From positions 1,344,001-1,408,000 of the forward strand of contig OY775910.1 of the NCBI GenBank assembly GCA_963675245.1: 64,000 nucleotides of DNA, in the 5' to 3' direction. This DNA comes from Acholeplasmataceae bacterium. GTDB taxonomy: Bacteria; Bacillota_I; Bacilli_A; Acholeplasmatales; Acholeplasmataceae. Positions 49,624 to 59,338 of this stretch are shown piece after piece. The position numbers and the translations under genes are program-made. The notes beneath the pieces were generated by a model. It did not search any database. It had not been told where the DNA came from and saw only the letters and a list, made by a program, of their open reading frames with translations. Numbering within the stretch: the stretch's first letter is position 1; each line of letters opens with the position of its first letter.

Positions 49624-52203
49624 ATGAAGAAGTTCACTTGGAAACTCGCTATCACGGTCGTTGTTGCGTACTTGTTATTGACATCCGTTGTCTTATTGTC
49701 CTATACATTCATTTCGAATGGCTTTATTATGGGACAAGCAGAACAAGAACTCTCAACGATAGGAGAAGAAATTGCAAATTCCTTTTCGCTCCAAGTCACC
49801 TATGACTACAATCGCTTTGTCGATGAAATTGAGTCATTAGATGACCCACTAAATGAGTTTGTTCCTGCAAGCTTTTCTTTACTTAGTCAGAACATGCTTG
49901 GTTTTGGGCAAATCGTGGATCGTGAAGCAACTATTGGCGAAGATGTTTATACATACGATGCCAGTTTTTATAATTTAGATTTCCAACAAAACGTCGCCAT
50001 CTATAGATTTAGTGACGCTTTTTCAATGTGGACTGATGATACGAACCTCATGGTATTCAATTACAATAACTATATTGGCTATTTTGAGGCATCCAGTTAT
50101 CTACAAACATTTTTCTCAGGCAATAATATTGTATATGACTTCTATGTGATCGGGGCAGATTCCAGATTATACTATGATCATGTAAATACAACATATGAAC
50201 GATTTACAACGATTTTTAGAAATGAAGGTTATTCTGAGGCTTATCTAGCTGAAATGACAGGTATTCTTTCAAATGGTGAATCAGGTGTAATGCAATCTGA
50301 ATTATATGATTCAGCACAGCTTATATCATTTACACCCATTTCAATTTCGCTTAGTCAGATGACAAAACCACTTTATTTTGCAATCATGTATGAACGAACT
50401 GATGTGATTGCAACTGTCTCAACATTGAGTAATTTATTATGGGCAGTATTTGCAGTTATATTTGTTATTTTCTCTGTAACGATTGTAGTGATTTACCGTG
50501 TTCTTGCATCACGTATTGAAGATATTGATAATGCGAGACTCGCGTTATATTATGCAAAACCTTATATCATTAAAATTAGTAAAAAGGGTAAAATTAAGGG
50601 CTATAACAGAACATTTAGAAATTTTTTAGGTGATTTTGATATTTATGATGATGTAAGAGATTTTAAAGTCAAGAATGTCATTAACAAGGAAAGTATCTTA
50701 GAAATGGCAAGACGTCAACAATCCATGACGTTCTTATTTGAAATTGATAATGACGAAAAATATATCCTTTTTATTCCGACACGTACAACAGGTGGCATTC
50801 TTTTAATTGGTAGTGACACAACACATATTGAAGGACGTTTTGATCAATATCGTAGACTAGCATTAATGAATAGTGTTACAAATCTTCCCAATCAAAATCA
50901 ATTGATGCAAGACTTAGATGACATGTTAGATGATCCTGAAAGAGCACATCTAAACAATTCACTTATCACCTTTGATATCGTTAACTTCTCAAAAATTAAG
51001 CTTATTTTAGGACAACGCTCATCTGATCGTTTCCTTTCACTTGTTTCGGAAATGATTAATTCATCACTAGATGGTTATCCATCAACCTTATATAATATTG
51101 AAGCAGATCACTTTGTCGTCTTACTTCAAAATATTGAAACATATAAATGGACGGATCGTTGGATCGATAAAGTCATGCAAGTCTTTGATAAACCAGTAAC
51201 GATTGAGCGTAACTTCTTAAACGTTGAATTCAATTTTGGTATTTTTAATATTGAATATGATCGTTATGAGATTTTAAATAATTATGTATGTTATGAAAAT
51301 ATAATGCTTGCACATAAACATAGTAAGGATTCTACAAGATATAATAAATTCACATACGATGTATCACTATCCATCATCGCATCAAGAGAACACAAGATGG
51401 AACTTGATCTTGCTAATGCGATTAAGAAAAATGAATTTAAAATGGTATTACAAGCGCAACTTAACAATCAGACAAATAAGATTGTTGGTTTTGAAGCATT
51501 GATTAGATGGACAAATCCATCTTATGGTAATGAATCACCACTAAAATTTATTAAAATGGCAGAACAAAACGGTATGATTATCGATATCGGTCGCATTGCC
51601 CTTCATGAAACATTTACAATTGCTAAAGAAATGGAACCATATAATATCACAATTTCACTTAATATATCACCAGTTCAAATGCTTCAGGCAGGATTTGTTA
51701 ATGATTTAATCACAATCTTTGAACAATACGATTTAAAGAAAGGGTCAATTGCATTAGAAATTACCGAAACATTCTTAATTGATTCATTTGAACTTGTCAT
51801 TAACAAATTAAATCTATTAAAAAGACATGGTTTCCATATTCATTTAGATGATTTTGGAACAGGGTATTCATCACTTCAATACTTAAGAGATTTACCAATC
51901 AATGCACTCAAAATTGACAAGACGTTCGTCGACGAAGTAGAAACAGATGCCCATGCAAGAGCCATTGTAAGCATGATGTCTGACCTCGCTAAAAATATTG
52001 AACTTGACGTTATCGCAGAAGGTGTTGAAACAGCGAGGCAGAACTTTATTATCAAAAAAGCAAACTGTCATATCATTCAAGGATATCTAGTTTCAAAACC
52101 AGTTGATAAACAAGTTGCAATCGAACTCCTCAAGGCTTATAATATAGACCATACAGCAGATGTAAGTGCACTTTTACCTAAGGCAAAGGAGGGAAGAAAA
52201 TGA
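49624..52203 (+). CDS. Membrane sensor with degenerate GGDEF and intact EAL domain (probable c-di-GMP phosphodiesterase)
   Basis: TM-extracellular domain-TM; EADHF in place of GGDEF; EAL, LEITE, DDFGTGYSS, KID, AEGVE, QGY all present. Confidence 0.92.
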   Translation: MKKFTWKLAITVVVAYLLLTSVVLLSYTFISNGFIMGQAEQELSTIGEEIANSFSLQVTYDYNRFVDEIESLDDPLNEFVPASFSLLSQNMLGFGQIVDREATIGEDVYTYDASFYNLDFQQNVAIYRFSDAFSMWTDDTNLMVFNYNNYIGYFEASSYLQTFFSGNNIVYDFYVIGADSRLYYDHVNTTYERFTTIFRNEGYSEAYLAEMTGILSNGESGVMQSELYDSAQLISFTPISISLSQMTKPLYFAIMYERTDVIATVSTLSNLLWAVFAVIFVIFSVTIVVIYRVLASRIEDIDNARLALYYAKPYIIKISKKGKIKGYNRTFRNFLGDFDIYDDVRDFKVKNVINKESILEMARRQQSMTFLFEIDNDEKYILFIPTRTTGGILLIGSDTTHIEGRFDQYRRLALMNSVTNLPNQNQLMQDLDDMLDDPERAHLNNSLITFDIVNFSKIKLILGQRSSDRFLSLVSEMINSSLDGYPSTLYNIEADHFVVLLQNIETYKWTDRWIDKVMQVFDKPVTIERNFLNVEFNFGIFNIEYDRYEILNNYVCYENIMLAHKHSKDSTRYNKFTYDVSLSIIASREHKMELDLANAIKKNEFKMVLQAQLNNQTNKIVGFEALIRWTNPSYGNESPLKFIKMAEQNGMIIDIGRIALHETFTIAKEMEPYNITISLNISPVQMLQAGFVNDLITIFEQYDLKKGSIALEITETFLIDSFELVINKLNLLKRHGFHIHLDDFGTGYSSLQYLRDLPINALKIDKTFVDEVETDAHARAIVSMMSDLAKNIELDVIAEGVETARQNFIIKKANCHIIQGYLVSKPVDKQVAIELLKAYNIDHTADVSALLPKAKEGRK

Positions 52204-53630
52204 TGCCATATATATTTGAAATCAGCCCAGCTATACAGATCTTAATTTCTGTCGGAATTGTTGTTATTCTTGGCATACTCATTTATTTTCTCGCAATGTC
52301 GTTCTTCAAGGAAAGACAACGTTTAAAAGATGAAAAGTCACTAACAATTGAAGGTATTTTGACTAAAACTGAAATGATTTCGTTAATTTCCAGTTTAATC
52401 TCTAGAGCATCTGGAGATATGCAGTTTTCACTTATTTATATCGATTTAGATAAATTTACGGATTACGAAAATGCATTTGGTAATATCGAATCTGAACGAA
52501 TCATCGAACGTATTGTAAGAAATATCGAAGCAGTCATCCCAAGAAACATTAAAATTGCGCGTATGCAAAAAGATGAACTCATTTTAACGTTGCCTTATGA
52601 GTATGATCGAACTGAATCTATGGAAATCGCAAATAAGATTAAAAAAGCGATCGCTAAACAGATTAGATTGTTTGGCGATACGACGATTAACGCGACAGCC
52701 TCAATCGCAGTTGCTTTCTATCCTGCACATGGTTCACAAGTTAAAGAATTGCTTAATTCACTACAAATAGCAACATATATCATTAAGAAAAATGGTGGAG
52801 ATGCCGTTCGTATCTACTCAGAAGAAATGAGCAGTGAAGAAGGTGAGCATGTTGAGTATTATTATCAGATTAAGCATGCCATTCAACATAAAGAATTCCA
52901 ATTGTTTTATCACCCTATTATTGATGTTGAACATCAAACGATTTATGGTGCAGAAGCACTTATTCGTTGGAACCACCCAGAACACGGTTTACTTTCACCA
53001 TTTAAATTCTTAGGTATCATGGAACAATCAGGTGATATTCACTGGATTGGTTTGTGGGGATTAGAAACCATCATTAAAACTTATCAAGAAATTTCTCAGA
53101 TGTTTCCAACGATTGATTTCAGAGTCACAATGAACTTATCACCGAAACAGTTGATGAGTGATACGATTTTCCAGGATTTCCAAAAAATCTTAAAAAAATA
53201 TCGTATGAATGCAAAACACATTGTTTTAGAAATTGTTGAGTTTACATTGTTTGACCGGCAAGATGTCATTCGCAAAAACTTAAGTTTATTAAAACAGTTA
53301 GGCTTTTTAGTCGCGATTGATGGTTTTGGCTTAGATTTTAAAACATTAGAGAAGGTCGCTGCTCTAAATGTAGATATCATTAAACTTGATTCAGGATTCT
53401 TATCAGAAGAAGAAGATTTCATGAGAAGTAAATTTGCAAATCTATTAGTTGATTTTGCTAAGAACAATAATTGTGATGTCGTTTGTGAACTTATTGAAAC
53501 AAAAGAACTCATGGAAGCCGCTAAAGGGTATGGCATTCATTTGTTGCAAGGGTACTATTTTAGTCAACCTGTATCTGCAGAAGCATTACGTGGTTATATT
53601 GGCGTATCTTCATGGGATCAAAAATTATAA
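52200..53630 (+). CDS. Single-TM degenerate GGDEF-EAL protein
   Basis: QKDEL in place of GGDEF; EAL present but DGFGLDFKT replaces DDFGTGYSS. Confidence 0.9.
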   Translation: MMPYIFEISPAIQILISVGIVVILGILIYFLAMSFFKERQRLKDEKSLTIEGILTKTEMISLISSLISRASGDMQFSLIYIDLDKFTDYENAFGNIESERIIERIVRNIEAVIPRNIKIARMQKDELILTLPYEYDRTESMEIANKIKKAIAKQIRLFGDTTINATASIAVAFYPAHGSQVKELLNSLQIATYIIKKNGGDAVRIYSEEMSSEEGEHVEYYYQIKHAIQHKEFQLFYHPIIDVEHQTIYGAEALIRWNHPEHGLLSPFKFLGIMEQSGDIHWIGLWGLETIIKTYQEISQMFPTIDFRVTMNLSPKQLMSDTIFQDFQKILKKYRMNAKHIVLEIVEFTLFDRQDVIRKNLSLLKQLGFLVAIDGFGLDFKTLEKVAALNVDIIKLDSGFLSEEEDFMRSKFANLLVDFAKNNNCDVVCELIETKELMEAAKGYGIHLLQGYYFSQPVSAEALRGYIGVSSWDQKL

Positions 53631-53777
53631 GAAAGACGGTTTATTGAGCCGTTTTTCTTTACTGAATCATAAAAAAATCATGATTTTGAACTATTCTTTA
53701 CAAAACTCATATAAATGTTCAAAAAAGCCATCTATATATAGATGGTAAAAAAATATGGGAAAATGTGTAGAAAAGTA

Positions 53778-53806
53778 TTGACAATTTGTGAAAACGGTAT
53801 TAAAAT
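53778..53806 (+). promoter_or_regulatory. Sigma-A promoter of the riboswitch-controlled operon
   Basis: TTGACA-N17-TAAAAT directly upstream of the first aptamer. Confidence 0.8.
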
Positions 53807-53814
53807 CATGTTAC

Positions 53815-53923
53815 AAGTTGAAAAAGGCAAAGCTGAAGGAATTCAGTGACGCAAAGCTAAAGGGCCTAGATCAGGTAGCCAGTTACCATTTGTTAAGACA
53901 AAGTGGTGCTGGTATTTTTATTT
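53815..53923 (+). promoter_or_regulatory. GEMM-I (c-di-GMP-I) riboswitch 1 (G20) plus terminator
   Basis: GGCAAA-GCTGAA-GGAA-TTCAGT-GACGCAAAGC..GGGCCT..GGTAGCCAGTTACC; 3' strand is part of a terminator hairpin. Confidence 0.92.
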
Positions 53924-53935
53924 TCCAGAATCTGA

Positions 53936-54034
53936 TATGTTAAAAGCAAAGCTGAAGGAACTCAGTGACGCAAAGCTAAAGGGCCTAGAACAGGTAGCCA
54001 GTTGCCATCAAGATTGATGACTGCTGGCTTTTTC
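53936..54034 (+). promoter_or_regulatory. GEMM-I riboswitch 2 (A20 variant) plus terminator
   Basis: AGCAAA..GGAA..GACGCAAAGC..GGGCCT..GGTAGCCAGTTGCC; AGCCAG/CTGGCT hairpin plus T-run. Confidence 0.92.
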
Positions 54035-54069
54035 TGTAAAATAAAAAAATATAATTTATAGATTTTTAA

Positions 54070-54170
54070 AATGTAAAAAGCAAAGCTGTGGGGAACCCAG
54101 TGACGCAAAGCTATAGGGCCTAGTAAGGTAGCCAGTTGCCATCGACTATTTGATGACGGCTGGCTTTGTT
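54070..54170 (+). promoter_or_regulatory. GEMM-I riboswitch 3 (A20 variant) plus terminator
   Basis: Same consensus; AGCCAG/CTGGCT hairpin followed by TTGTT just before the RBS. Confidence 0.9.
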
Positions 54171-54188
54171 GTCGTAAGGAGTGATCCG

Positions 54189-54911
54189 ATGCATAGACTT
54201 TCAACCGTTACAGCGGCGAAAAAGATAAAAACTAGAAATCGCATATTTTCAATCGGTATCATTGTTAGTGGTATTTTATCAATCGTTCTAGGTGTTGTTA
54301 CATTCTATGGTCAACAAACAGGGAATTTCGTGATGAATGTCGATTATGATGCCTTCAATAGAGGAATAGTCATTGCTGATAATAGAACAATGGAAGACGC
54401 TGGGCCACAATTAATTAGTGAATCTATCACAGATGCAAAAGATGTGACGTATAGATGGTTAGATATTTCAAGTGCAAGTGAAACTGATGGTAATTTCTTT
54501 GATCCAGACCTTACATATATGGCGTATACATTCTATTTACAAAATGTGGGGTCAGAAGTTGTTGACATCACATATTCTATGAGAATTACTGATGTTTATA
54601 AAGGTTTAGATGAAGCAGTCAGAATTTTAATTATAGACGACGGCGTAGAAACACTTTATCAAAAAAGAGATGAAGCAGATGAATTTGGTGAACTTCCGAC
54701 TTATCCATTATCGATGCCTCCTGCATTAATGTTCCTAGATGATGATACAGTTGTCAGGAGGACAATATTAGGATTTGTACCAAATGAAATAAGAAAATTC
54801 ACAATAATGGTTTGGTTAGAAGGCGAAGATCCTGATACAAACGACGAAGTCTTAGGTGGACTCATTAAATTCAGATTGACATTCTCCATTGAGGAGGACG
54901 TAATCGCATGA
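54189..54911 (+). CDS. Single-TM exported protein related to the downstream fibre-like subunits
   Basis: AAGGAGTG RBS favours ATG 54189; N-terminal TM; YTFYL.N.G and C-terminal VWLEGEDPD motif. Confidence 0.8.
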   Translation: MHRLSTVTAAKKIKTRNRIFSIGIIVSGILSIVLGVVTFYGQQTGNFVMNVDYDAFNRGIVIADNRTMEDAGPQLISESITDAKDVTYRWLDISSASETDGNFFDPDLTYMAYTFYLQNVGSEVVDITYSMRITDVYKGLDEAVRILIIDDGVETLYQKRDEADEFGELPTYPLSMPPALMFLDDDTVVRRTILGFVPNEIRKFTIMVWLEGEDPDTNDEVLGGLIKFRLTFSIEEDVIA

Positions 54912-55885
54912 GACCAATTAACAGATTAAGATACTCCATATTACTTATGATTATCATGCTAATGGCACTAGGAACAGTGACATATGCATGGATAAGCTTA
55001 TCAACAATCAATAATATTGAAGGATTATCACTTAGTGCTACCTCTGGAGAAGAATTAGAAATTTCAATTGACGGTATTAATTATTACAACAATCTTAATA
55101 CTGATGAATTGTTGGATTTATTTGAAAATATTGTATTGACAGATGTCACAAGCAGAGATGGTATTAATTTTCAATCAGGTGGATTGAGAACTGGTCAAAA
55201 CATATATGCAAACGAAGATTATTTATCATTTGATTTGTACTTCAGAACAGTTTATGATGAACATCATGTCTATTTAATTAACAATGTAAGTGAACAAGTG
55301 AGTTATGATGTTTCAGCAAGAGGAACCTATGTAGTTTCAAATGGTATGGATTGGGTTAATCGTGTAGGATTCTTAAATGGTCCTGATCCAACAGATTATA
55401 TTGAGTCTGGTACACAAGCAAGATATTATGCAAGTGATACCATCAGAATGAGTTTCATTGAGCAACATGATGAAACGAATCCACTAGATACAAGAGATGT
55501 AAGTGAGTTAAGTCGTTGGATATTTGATCCATCGGGTGATGAAATGAGGGGTTATGGCAAGAGTTATGGTGCATATAGTTATTACATTCAAGTAACAAAT
55601 AACTATATCACTATTCCAAATGTCATACCAGAAGTAATATATGATTTAACAGAAACAGATCCAGAAAACCCATATATTACACATGATACTAATTCCTTAG
55701 TAACTATACTTCAAGCGTCAAATGAAACGAACGAAGAAGGTGAAGTTTACTACAAAGGTAAAATCACAGTTAACATTTGGGTTGAAGGATGGGATGCAGA
55801 CGCGTTCGATGCTGTAGATAAAGATCGTGTAAAAATCCAATTGCAATTCAAATCAACAAGATATATTCCAGATGATCAATCTTAA
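54908..55885 (+). CDS. SipW-type signal peptide protein (TasA/CalY-like candidate)
   Basis: Hydrophobic leader ending LGTVTYAWIS; C-terminal IWVEGWD. Confidence 0.8.
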   Translation: MRPINRLRYSILLMIIMLMALGTVTYAWISLSTINNIEGLSLSATSGEELEISIDGINYYNNLNTDELLDLFENIVLTDVTSRDGINFQSGGLRTGQNIYANEDYLSFDLYFRTVYDEHHVYLINNVSEQVSYDVSARGTYVVSNGMDWVNRVGFLNGPDPTDYIESGTQARYYASDTIRMSFIEQHDETNPLDTRDVSELSRWIFDPSGDEMRGYGKSYGAYSYYIQVTNNYITIPNVIPEVIYDLTETDPENPYITHDTNSLVTILQASNETNEEGEVYYKGKITVNIWVEGWDADAFDAVDKDRVKIQLQFKSTRYIPDDQS

Positions 55886-55947
55886 GGATTAACTTAACGA
55901 GAGTTAATTAAAATAAAAAAGAAAACAAGTTTAAGGAGACTAGAAAA

Positions 55948-56916
55948 ATGAGTAAAATTACAAGAAAGCTCGTATTATCACTTTTAACGGTTGTGTTAAC
56001 AGTCGTCGCACTGGGAACATCAACATTTGCGTGGTTCACAGTTACAAACCAAGCGTCAGTTCAAGAATTCCAAGCGAATATCGCTGCTGATTCTGGGATT
56101 GAAATTGCATTACCACAATTTGGAGAAGCAGATCCTCTTAATTGGGGATGGAAATCGTATCTTGATGCAACAGATATCGCAACATATATTTCAGATTACA
56201 TCAATTCAAGTTTCACATTTGATCATTTGTCATCAGAAAATGGTGTTGCCTTTACAAACATCGATGGTAATAGTACAACAACTGGTTTTTTAAATATTCC
56301 TGTATACTTCAGATCAGACAATATTTCAGCTATCAATTTAAATGCATTAACTTTACGTGCAGATGATGTACCAGCTTGGCGTACAACAGTTGGATTTACG
56401 AATGAACATGGTACTGCTATATCAGCAAATGGCACATTTGCAGTCAATGCTGCAGATGCATTTAGAATTTCACTTACTGATGTTACTGGTTCGAATGGTA
56501 CTTCAATCTTTGAATTAGAAGGTACTGCTACTAATGTCGTATTAGGAGAAATTGCAGGATTAGACATTCTTGATGTAGCTAACACAAATCCAACAACATC
56601 AGAACCATATACTTATGGTGCGATTGAATATTACTATGCTGCAAATAGCGCATATCCATCTGATGGTGATGGCGATGGCAGTGTTTTGGTTAATATTCCA
56701 GATACAACATTAATTCCTGAATATGCATCACCAGCTACACCGCTTGTATCACCAATGACAGTGCTTGGTTTAATTGCAGATGCTGGTTCAGTTTATGGTA
56801 AAGCTAATTACGGTCTATTAAGAATTCGTGTTTGGTTTGAAGGTTGGGACCAAAATGCATACAATTCATTATTAGGTGAAACAATTTTCACATCATTCAG
56901 TTTTGAAGCTGCTTAA
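55948..56916 (+). CDS. SipW-type signal peptide protein, candidate major fibre subunit
   Basis: Leader ending LGTSTFAWFT; C-terminal VWFEGWD; AAGGAG RBS; flanked by hairpins. Confidence 0.82.
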   Translation: MSKITRKLVLSLLTVVLTVVALGTSTFAWFTVTNQASVQEFQANIAADSGIEIALPQFGEADPLNWGWKSYLDATDIATYISDYINSSFTFDHLSSENGVAFTNIDGNSTTTGFLNIPVYFRSDNISAINLNALTLRADDVPAWRTTVGFTNEHGTAISANGTFAVNAADAFRISLTDVTGSNGTSIFELEGTATNVVLGEIAGLDILDVANTNPTTSEPYTYGAIEYYYAANSAYPSDGDGDGSVLVNIPDTTLIPEYASPATPLVSPMTVLGLIADAGSVYGKANYGLLRIRVWFEGWDQNAYNSLLGETIFTSFSFEAA

Positions 56917-56958
56917 TTCTAAAACATTTAGATTTATAGCTCAATTATACTTCTAGTC

Positions 56959-56998
56959 TGGTAAGTGTGGTAGACAGTGTTTTTAACCACACTTACCA
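56959..56998 (+). other. 13-bp perfect stem-loop without U-tract (mRNA stabiliser or processing site candidate)
   Basis: TGGTAAGTGTGGT / ACCACACTTACCA. Confidence 0.65.
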
Positions 56999-57047
56999 AT
57001 CCTTCATGGATTAGTACTAGATCACGACTTAATTCAAGGAGTTACGT

Positions 57048-57746
57048 ATGAAACAAACAAAATGGAATGTTAAGCGAATTGTTAAAATTGGCTTAAATAC
57101 CATATTCTATGGTGTAATTGTATTTTTGATGTTGTTCTCAGTTGCTAATATGAGACTTAGAAGTGAAAACAATATCGCAAATATATTTGGTGTTGGCTTA
57201 CTATCTGTACAAACAGATTCCATGACAGGAACATTTGATCCTGGTGACATGCTATTTGTAAGTATGCTTGATGAATCAGACTTTGAAGATCTTGAAGTTG
57301 GGGATATAGTAACCTATTTTGATGTTCAATTAGGTGCTTTTAACACACACAGAATTGTTGAAATTAATCTTGATGAACAATTTTTAACAACAAAAGCTGA
57401 TTATGCAGGTGGAAATGGTTCCGTAGCTGTACCGGATCAACCAGTTGCCTTTGATCGTGTTATTGCAAGATATGATGGTCAAATGATTGCAGGATTGGGA
57501 TCAGGACTTGATTATATGCAAACATCAGTTGGATTCGCCTTATTTGTTATTCTTCCTGTATTGATCGTGTTGATCATCGAGGGTGTTATTTTAGCAAGAC
57601 ATATCATGGCTATGAACCGTGAAAAGTTGGAGCAAAAATATGCGGAAGAACGTTTACAGGTTGCGCAAAGTTTAGAATCAGAACGTGAAAAACTTCGTGC
57701 TGAAATATTGGCTGAAATGACGAGAGAAAAGGCATTACACGCATAA
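57048..57746 (+). CDS. Signal peptidase I, SipW/ER-type (Ser-His)
   Basis: VQTDSM..TFDPGD, GDIVTY, THRIV, TKAD; N- and C-terminal TMs. Confidence 0.9.
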   Translation: MKQTKWNVKRIVKIGLNTIFYGVIVFLMLFSVANMRLRSENNIANIFGVGLLSVQTDSMTGTFDPGDMLFVSMLDESDFEDLEVGDIVTYFDVQLGAFNTHRIVEINLDEQFLTTKADYAGGNGSVAVPDQPVAFDRVIARYDGQMIAGLGSGLDYMQTSVGFALFVILPVLIVLIIEGVILARHIMAMNREKLEQKYAEERLQVAQSLESEREKLRAEILAEMTREKALHA

Positions 57747-57782
57747 AATTAACATATTAATGATACTCACAGGAGTTATATT

Positions 57783-59321
57783 ATGGTAGAGTTCGCTCGT
57801 TACTATATTGACCTGTTACGAAACTTTTTCATTAATGTCGGTGAATTTTTTGGAGCTATATTTCAAGCATTTGCCGATTTCTTTGTTCGTAGTGTAGGTG
57901 AATATTTTAATAGTTTTGTTATAGCAACAGCTCAATTTGGACTACTTGACTGGGTAATGGCATTTGTCGTTATTGTGATCAATTTAGTCTTTTTGGTGTT
58001 CTTGGTTTTAAAACTCTATCAGTGGCTTTCTAAATACGCGCGCTTCGTCGGGCGCGAGATTGAAAAAGACGAACTACTTGAAGAAATTGCGTTCTTAAAC
58101 CAAAAGACAGTTGAACTAGTTGATGAACGTAATAAAATCTTAGCACTTAAGGTTTCAAACTTGGGGTTAAGTCCTGAAGAAGAAATCAAAGCAGAAGAAA
58201 AAATCTTGGAAGAAGAAATTAAAGATCAAGGTCCTTCTCGATTTGTTAAACTCATTGCAGTTGACAAAGAATACGAAAATCGCGTGACACAAATTCACAT
58301 GCGAGAAGAAGACATGTTGAATTTGAACGAAATCGTGACAAGATTCATTAACTTTTCAGCAAATAAGCTTGGTTTATTCTACAATAGAAAAATAATTTCT
58401 GCATTCTTTGCTGGTATGGCATCTTCTAAAACAATGATTTTAGAAGGGATATCGGGTACTGGTAAAACATCACTACCATATGCCATGGGTAAATTTTTTA
58501 ATAACGATGCACATATCATTGCCGTTCAACCTTCTTGGAGAGATAGAGCTGAAATGATGGGTTATCTAAATGAGTTTACGAAGCGATTCAATGAAACAGA
58601 ATTCTTAGAAGCGATATATGAAACGACTTATCACAACGATATCAACATCATCGTTCTAGATGAAATGAACTTAGCACGTGTTGAATATTATTTTGCAGAA
58701 TTCTTATCACTACTTGAAATGCCAGATGTCGATAAATGGCTTGTTGATATTGTTCCTGATGAGCAACCTTCAGATCCTGTACATTTACATCGAGGCAAAA
58801 TGCTACTTCCACAAAATGTGTGGTTTATTGGTACAGCCAATAAAGATGATTCAACATTTACAATTACGGATAAAGTATATGACCGTGCCACATCTATTGT
58901 TATCAACACAAAAGCAGATTTCATTGATGCACCTGAAACAGATAGTATCACACTAAGTCATGACTATTTACAAGAGTTATTTAGATCCGCAATGGATGAA
59001 CATCAACTTACCTTAAAGGCATTAAAAAATCTTGAAAAACTTGATAGCTATGTTACAGTAAATTTTAAAGTCACATTCGGTAATCGTATCATGAAACAAA
59101 TCAGAGCATTCGTTCCTGTATTTGTTGCATGTGGTGGCTCTGAAAATGATGCATTAGATTACATGGTTGCAAACAAAATATTTAGAAAATTTGAAGGATT
59201 AAATTTACCGTTCTTGCAAAAAGAAATCACTGAATTATCAACATTGCTTGATCGCTTATTTGGTAAAAACTCTTTCCCAGAGTGTCAAGCATATCTTGAT
59301 TCGATAAAGAAAACATTCTAA
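57783..59321 (+). CDS. McrB-like AAA+ NTPase with N-terminal membrane anchor and coiled coil
   Basis: Walker A GISGTGKT, Walker B IIVLDEMNLA, GTANKDD (NxxD), KVYDRA; hydrophobic segment near aa 50-80. Confidence 0.85.
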   Translation: MVEFARYYIDLLRNFFINVGEFFGAIFQAFADFFVRSVGEYFNSFVIATAQFGLLDWVMAFVVIVINLVFLVFLVLKLYQWLSKYARFVGREIEKDELLEEIAFLNQKTVELVDERNKILALKVSNLGLSPEEEIKAEEKILEEEIKDQGPSRFVKLIAVDKEYENRVTQIHMREEDMLNLNEIVTRFINFSANKLGLFYNRKIISAFFAGMASSKTMILEGISGTGKTSLPYAMGKFFNNDAHIIAVQPSWRDRAEMMGYLNEFTKRFNETEFLEAIYETTYHNDINIIVLDEMNLARVEYYFAEFLSLLEMPDVDKWLVDIVPDEQPSDPVHLHRGKMLLPQNVWFIGTANKDDSTFTITDKVYDRATSIVINTKADFIDAPETDSITLSHDYLQELFRSAMDEHQLTLKALKNLEKLDSYVTVNFKVTFGNRIMKQIRAFVPVFVACGGSENDALDYMVANKIFRKFEGLNLPFLQKEITELSTLLDRLFGKNSFPECQAYLDSIKKTF

Positions 59322-59338
59322 ATGACTAGGAGTAAGCA

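Noticed and set aside
53815..54170. Three spaced near-identical repeats as a CRISPR array
   Set aside because: Units are about 60 nt, spaced 119 and 134 nt, match the GEMM-I consensus and each has a terminator; no cas genes
54150..54188. TTG start at 54150 for the first operon gene
   Set aside because: Lies inside the terminator hairpin; the RBS supports ATG 54189
53962..54204. 80-aa minus-strand ORF with internal repeats
   Set aside because: Antisense shadow of riboswitches 2 and 3
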